From Microthyrium microscopicum (Eukaryota), in NCBI GenBank assembly GCA_010405405.1, contig MU004233.1, positions 2,210,539-2,274,538 of the forward strand: 64,000 nt of DNA. Reading direction: 5' to 3'. Position 1 is the stretch's first letter, and each line of letters opens with the position of its first letter. A program made the position numbers and the translations under genes. Below are positions 58,120 to 64,000 of this stretch, piece after piece. The notes beneath the pieces were generated by a model. It made no database searches. It had not been told where the DNA came from and saw only the letters and a program-made list of their open reading frames with translations.

Positions 58120-58739
58120 TTATCTGGGATATTTCTTCCAGCCAACACCATGCCCTCTCTGTCACGATGAGTTAGCGCAATGGCGAGTATAATTTTAGTA
58201 GAGCGACTTACTGTTTTCCACTCCCTGATCAATTTGGGCATTTCTGTCATTGCGGTTTCTCTCTGTCTGACCTTGAACATCATGGCTCGTTCCCAGCTGT
58301 GACCCTTGACTTGTTGACCTTCACCTGTTCCTCGTACTCGAGAGCCTAATTCTCGTCGTGCTTCTCGAACCGCTTGTTTCTTTATGGTCCATGGTAATAG
58401 CTCTTCGACCCCATGTGCTCGTGCTAGTCTAACCAAGCCTGCCTGTTTTCGCATATTGTACATCGGTGCTCTCCATTTCTGTGTGGTTGGGTTTTGCCAG
58501 GGCAGGAAGGGATTGTAGTTGGGGTCTTCAGTTGGGTGTTCTGATGTGACATGTCGGTTATTTGGTTCTATAGTATATTTTGTGGTACCATCTTCTTTAA
58601 GGATTGGGACTTTTCTTGGAGCGAGAACCGGTTCGGCGGCAGTCTCAGGCTTGGGTGGAAAACGGGTGAAGAAGCGTATGAGTCGAGGAGGAAGGGTTTT
58701 GGCGATTTCGATAAACTGGGTATTTGCGGCGGCCGCCAT
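58120..58739 (-). CDS. MRPL25: Mitochondrial large-subunit ribosomal protein mL59
   Basis: LPPRLIRFF.RFPP, NPFLP...W..P.Y..R.QA.LV..A...GVEELLP, VKGHSWER, MPKLIREWK. A terminal intron gives RGHGVGWKKYPR* (TAA 58120-58122). Confidence 0.88.
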
Positions 58740-59491
58740 GATGGTGATTTCAAGAGGGTATATCGAGCTCCAGATTTTGATATAGCCTGATTGTCGCTGA
58801 GTATGCTGTGCTGTGGGAAAGCAATGACAGTCTCAATTATGCCGTGTCCATTGCAGATTCTGCTTCCAGGTGTACGAGAAATCTGAGATAAGGCCAAGAA
58901 GGAAGGGACGACGGCGGTATGAAAGATGTTGCGATTTGCGACAGTCAAAATGACTTTCAATGTTGTTAAAAAAATGAAAGACTTGAATTGGGAAGGAGCA
59001 ATGGACATTGAGGGCAGACACACTTGTCCCATTTGGGGAGAGTGCCAAGACTCGATTTGGTGGACCTGTGGATTGACAAGAGAAACAACGACAGACTCTC
59101 TCACTCTCTCACTTTCAGACTCCCTTTAACTCCTCCACAACCCAGGGCTACAACCACTTCCCCTCAATCTTACAATCTGCATCTACCACACTCGCCATTT
59201 CATATCGACTATCGCTATTATTCAAACTCTTCTTACACCATTGAAATAACCGCCATTGTCCTCCACCACCCTGACGCGCTGCGGTCCGAGACTGCCGTAT
59301 GCCAAGTTTCTGATCGTTCTGCCACCTCATACTCGACTCATGTCGCTCCGCTATACTCTTGCTCACACAAATACACCGTTGAACTGCTGAGGATACACGA
59401 TTGACTGAGCTTTTGCGCTTCTTTGACCATCTCCATGACAAAAGATCTCAGCAGTACATCCTCGCCACAATTGAACAATTGTTAGGCGATC

Positions 59492-61102
59492 ATGGCCGAC
59501 ACACGGAATGGCAGCCAATCTGGTGCCAGTAATGTTTCTCCTTCAAATACGACCCAGAAGAAAAGCAAAGGGAAAACCCAAAGCAAACCGGATCTGCACC
59601 AAGCAATACAATCTAGAATGAATGAACTGCAGGGCATTCAGGAAGCCGACAAAGAATTAGAGCTTGAAATTAGTGAGTTGTTAGGATTGTCATGCTCTCG
59701 ATGGCAAACTTTGCTACCATTCCTTGTTGCTGACCATTATATAGCTCGTGAGGTTAAGAAAGCGAACAGAGAATTGTCCTCTAAGACTGCACAGTTGGAT
59801 CCACTCTCAAAAGCCACACTTATTCAAGAACGATGGGCCAAGCTACTCACTGAAATGAAACGTTTGGAACGCGACAATCAGAAATCCAAGAGACGGGCCG
59901 ATACTTTGCAAAAGGAACGCGACACTGCAAAATCCGAACTTACAAAAATGACGTCGATCAAGGACAAGCTCGAAAAACTATCAAGGGACTCTATGAGCAA
60001 CAATAAGAAGTTACAGGTATGAGCTCAGACTTTGCCTACTTGAGGTACATGGTCTAATTCGCACAGACCGACCTCGAGAAATGTCAAAATCAAGAAGCAC
60101 AGTCCCGGGAAGCGCTAAATGATAGACTCGAGACCATGACCGGTGACGTTGAAGCTGTAATAGAATCTCATGAAAAGGCAAGAAAAGAAAGCGAGACTTC
60201 TTTAACGGATGAGTTGTATGTTTCCTATACTTCTCGTTTGCCTTTTGCTCATGACAGTCTCAGATTTCGCCAGAAATGTAAAAGTTTCATCGATCAATAC
60301 GAACTCCGAGAACTTCATTTTCAATCTCTTCTTCGCAGCAAAGACCTCGAAATTCAATACCATATAGCCAAATTAGATCAACAAAAACGCGCACAAGAAG
60401 TTGAATCAAGTCGCTCAAGCCAATTAACTCGACAAGTCTCCACTTTCTCACAAACCGAAAACGAGCTGCGCTCTCAGCTAAACATTTACGTCGAAAAGTT
60501 CAAGCAGGTGAGTGACGCACTGCTTAAACACTTTCCTGTATTTGCAACCTGTCTTCTCCCCGCTTTCAATGTTGCTAACGTATGCTTTCAAGGTCGAGGA
60601 TACATTGAACAGCTCCAACGATCTTTTCCTCACTTTCAGAAAGGAAATGGAAGAAATGTCCAAGAAGACAAAGCGACTGGAAAAGGAAAATCTGGCACTC
60701 ACCCGGAAGCATGAAGCAACAAATCAAAGTATCATGAGGATGGCCGAGGACCGTACCAAAAATCAGAAGGAAATGGACATCCTGCGTAAGCGAAATGAGA
60801 ACCTCGAAAAGCTCTGTCGTGGCATGCAGGCTCAAGGTCGTGGACAGTCTGTCGTTACACAGGAACATCCTGCAGAAGCTGGACAGGTTGCCTTGGATGA
60901 TGATGAAGGCACTGGAAGCGAGTACGATGATGACTACGACGACGAGGACGGCAGCGATGAATATGACGATGAAAGCGATGATCTTGTCGAGCAGACGGCT
61001 CAACATGCTCAACATATTCAACCTCCTACCAGGCGAATTGCTAATGGCGCTGCTGGGCCTACGCCAGTAACCACAGCCGCCGTTAATGGAGTTACTGCAT
61101 AG
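59492..61102 (+). CDS. Taxilin-family coiled-coil protein
   Basis: KDKLEKLSR, QYELRELHF, LRSQLNIYVEKFKQVEDTLNSSNDLFLTFRKEMEEMSKKTKRLEKEN, LEKLCRGMQ; four introns. Confidence 0.88.
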
Positions 61103-61763
61103 CAGCTTTCTCTCGATGGCCTCTTTCATAATCTTGCTTATTATTTTGGCTGATCGAGTGAGTCTTCGGAATTACTTGATACATAAATCATCGCTAGATC
61201 GGTTTTCTGCTCACAGTTGATGTGTTGTCTCTATTATCTACATGTGAACGTGAATCCTCATCCTATGGGATGTGCTGTGATTTACATTATTCAAGTGCTC
61301 CTTGTCAGTAGTAGCGCTATATTGTAATCCTCATCATTGACGAGCGGCCCATACAAAGCAATTTCAAATCATAGTCGATGCTTGAGGCTCCTAGCTACTG
61401 TGTCGCGACCCAGAAACCAATATTCAAGTCCATGTGGCTATAAATAGTAGGTAGATCTCAAATGTCATGACATCGTGCTACGTTCATCACTACCTCGGTC
61501 GTCCTCAACCCCATCTTTTCGACCATCATCCCCGCTGACTCTACAACTCCAACCCTACGCGCCACTCATGGCTTCCTTTAACCCCCATATGAAGCTGAAA
61601 TCCTATATCTCTCTCATCTTCATTCCTCCCTGATTCACGCGACACAAACCAATACTTCAAATCCTACAGACCAGCACCACCCATCCAACGAACCAACTCC
61701 ATCCCCTCCGCTGATCCCATCCCACTCACCTCGACTGCAGGTGAACTCAATTGAACGCCAACC

Positions 61764-63074
61764 ATGCCTCCCCAACTCTCCACGCCCCTCTGCCAACTCC
61801 TAGGCATCCAATACCCCATAATCCTCGCCGGCATGGCCCGCACATCCGGCGGCCCCCTCGCCGCTGCCGTCAGCAACGCCGGCGGCCTAGGCGTCATCGG
61901 TGGTCTAGGATACACACCTTCCCAACTCACCGAAATTATCACCGAGCTCAAGTCCCATCTCCGCGATCCCTCTTTACCGTTTGGCGTGGACCTTGCGTTA
62001 CCACAGGTGGGTGGCGGCGCACGCAAGACGAACCATGATTATACGCATGGACAGCTGGATGAATTGATTGACGTGACGATCAAAGAGGGCGCAAAGTTAT
62101 TCGTAAGCGCGGTGGGTGTGCCGCCGAAACGGGTCATCGAGCGGTTACATGAGGCGGGCATTTTGGTGATGAATATGGTGGGTGCGCCGAGACATGCGCG
62201 CAAAGCACTGGATGCGGGGGTTGATATTGTTTGTGCGCAAGGTGGTGAGGGCGGTGGGCATACGGGTGATATTGCGAACTCTATACTCATTCCGTCTGTG
62301 GTGGATGTTGCGTCGCAATATACGTCTCCGCTTACTGGGAAACCTGCGATGGTGGTGGCGGCGGGCGGTATCTATGATGGGCGTGGTCTCGCGAGTAGTT
62401 TGATGCAGGGCGCGCAGGGAGTTTGGGTGGGCACGCGGTTTGTGGCGAGTACGGAGGCTGGTTGTAGTCAGGCGCATAAGGAGGCGGTGGTGAGTGCGAA
62501 GTTTACGGATACGTTGAGGACGTTGGTGGTTAGTGGGAGGCCGTTGAGGGTCAGGATGAATGAGTATATACAGGGCTGGGAGGATCGGCCGGAGGAGGTG
62601 AGGAAGTTGACTGAGCAGGGGATTGTGCCGATGATGAAGGATATGGAGGAGGAGAAGGATGTGGATTTGCCGTTTTTGATGGGCCAAGTGGCGGGTATTG
62701 TGCAGGATATCAAGGTATGTTGTTGATGTCACGATGTGTTTTCGGTGCAAGTGCTAAAGAGTCGTAGCCGGCGAAGGAGATTGTTGACGATATGGTAAGA
62801 ACCCCTATTGACAAAAGTCGTCAATACACCAGTTTCTGGTGTCCTTCTTGGTGCTCCCACGGCACTTGATGGCTGCCAAAACACTCGATGGTTTCCGAAG
62901 CATGCTATGGCATGGCTTTGCAAATATCCAACATCGTGGTTTCAGCTCGTGCTGGCTCCAATGGCAGACAGCAGTAACTTTTGGTTATCATACACTAACA
63001 TGCTTCAGGTCACACAAGCAGTCCAAATGTTGAAGTTGGGACAATCATACACAGGAGGTCAGAGCAAGTTGTAG
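61764..63074 (+). CDS. Nitronate monooxygenase / 2-nitropropane dioxygenase family, C-terminal SKL (PTS1)
   Basis: LAAAVSNAGGLG, AQGGEGGGHTG, VAAGGIYDGRG, VWVGTRF. Exons 61764-62714, 62768-62794, 63009-63074; ends QSKL*. Confidence 0.92.
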
Positions 63075-64000
63075 CCAGCCCATCACGTCCAATCGACTCT
63101 TGCAACACAGTTGGAGAAACCTGGTTGTATAGACTACAGACCTGACTAAAAAGCACGATTATCAAGTATAAGAAAACTAGCTAATTACATACCAAACTTG
63201 CCGATCTAGTCGTCCCCTTCTAGTCTGCTTATGCATAATAGGCGATGCATGTCTTTAGTTGCCAACTTCATCTTTAAGTTACAACTTCTTTTGGCCACTG
63301 AATATCGAAAGGTTGTTGGTTAGCAACCACAGACGATGTATATTGGTCGCCTTCTAGTACTTCAATGCGTAATGCGAGACCTATGTTTCTAGTCGGTAGC
63401 TTAACCAACATGATGGTATATTCTGATGACCACTGAAGATGGAATAGTTGCCGCATGCGCGTTAATGCGTGATACGAGATGTGTTTAGTTGTTAGCTCCA
63501 GCCTTCTAGCTGGAATCTGCTTATAGCCATTGATTATCAAAGGATTGTTTCATGGAAATATGCCTAATTGTAGACGCAAGTCTCTGATCGCTGGCTTAAC
63601 CTTTAGGCTGGTATCTTCTCCTGACCACAGAATATAGGACACTTGTTGGATGGCATTTCGTAGGCGGTGAGAAATCCAAGAAGCCCCTGGCAGGCAAGGA
63701 TCATTTTGAATCCTACTTTATACAACGTAGAGTAAACTATACGACATCCAACACCACCGAAATGGAGACATTGTATTGCGACACAGTAATGTCTGGAAAT
63801 AAGATTCCAATGTGTAAAAGAACACGACAGTACCATTGCTTTCAATGAGTCCCAAGTTCCTTATCCCACCTTGAACTGCTACACAGATATGTTCAATAAT
63901 CTATCCGCCTTCAGCCCACGGCACTTACCGATGTCTTTGGCACGCAAAAGCCAGCTTCTCATATTGAAAGACGTATGATAGTTACAATTAAGTTTCAGCC

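Noticed and set aside
60575..62750. Long antisense ORFs over taxilin and nitronate monooxygenase (and similar short ORFs elsewhere)
   Set aside because: Shadow ORFs explained by codon bias of the real genes.
63274..63845. Possible spliced minus-strand gene at the window end
   Set aside because: It needs a 37-nt intron with a weak donor and has no recognisable homology.

Overview
Eukaryotic DNA from a filamentous ascomycete (Pezizomycotina): spliceosomal introns of about 50 nt with CTRAY branch sites, and AT-rich repeats damaged by RIP (repeat-induced point mutation). Conserved genes: CBM18 chitin deacetylase (5' partial), STE24, a U2B''/U1A-type RRM protein, class 2 DHODH, a hotdog thioesterase, VPS5, ARO1, a cytochrome b561-like protein, mL59/MRPL25, taxilin and nitronate monooxygenase. 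Lineage-specific genes: a secreted S/T/P-rich protein and tandem pairs of F-box-like and SRR1-domain genes. A 17.6 kb RIP-degraded block (18159-35759) is a Gypsy element with a second complete Gypsy nested inside it, both with intact LTR pairs and target-site duplications (TSDs). This block splits an OTT_1508-like deaminase/MYND pseudogene. A RIPed Mutator-like element (MULE; 78-bp terminal inverted repeats (TIRs), 9-bp TSD) sits just after the MRPL25 stop codon. The most unusual signal is a dispersed ~17-bp hairpin motif (CCCAYCGCAYTYGATGG). It occurs in both orientations, in clusters, inside the longest introns I resolved in several unrelated genes and in some gene flanks. All calls come from reading the sequence by eye; no searches were run.
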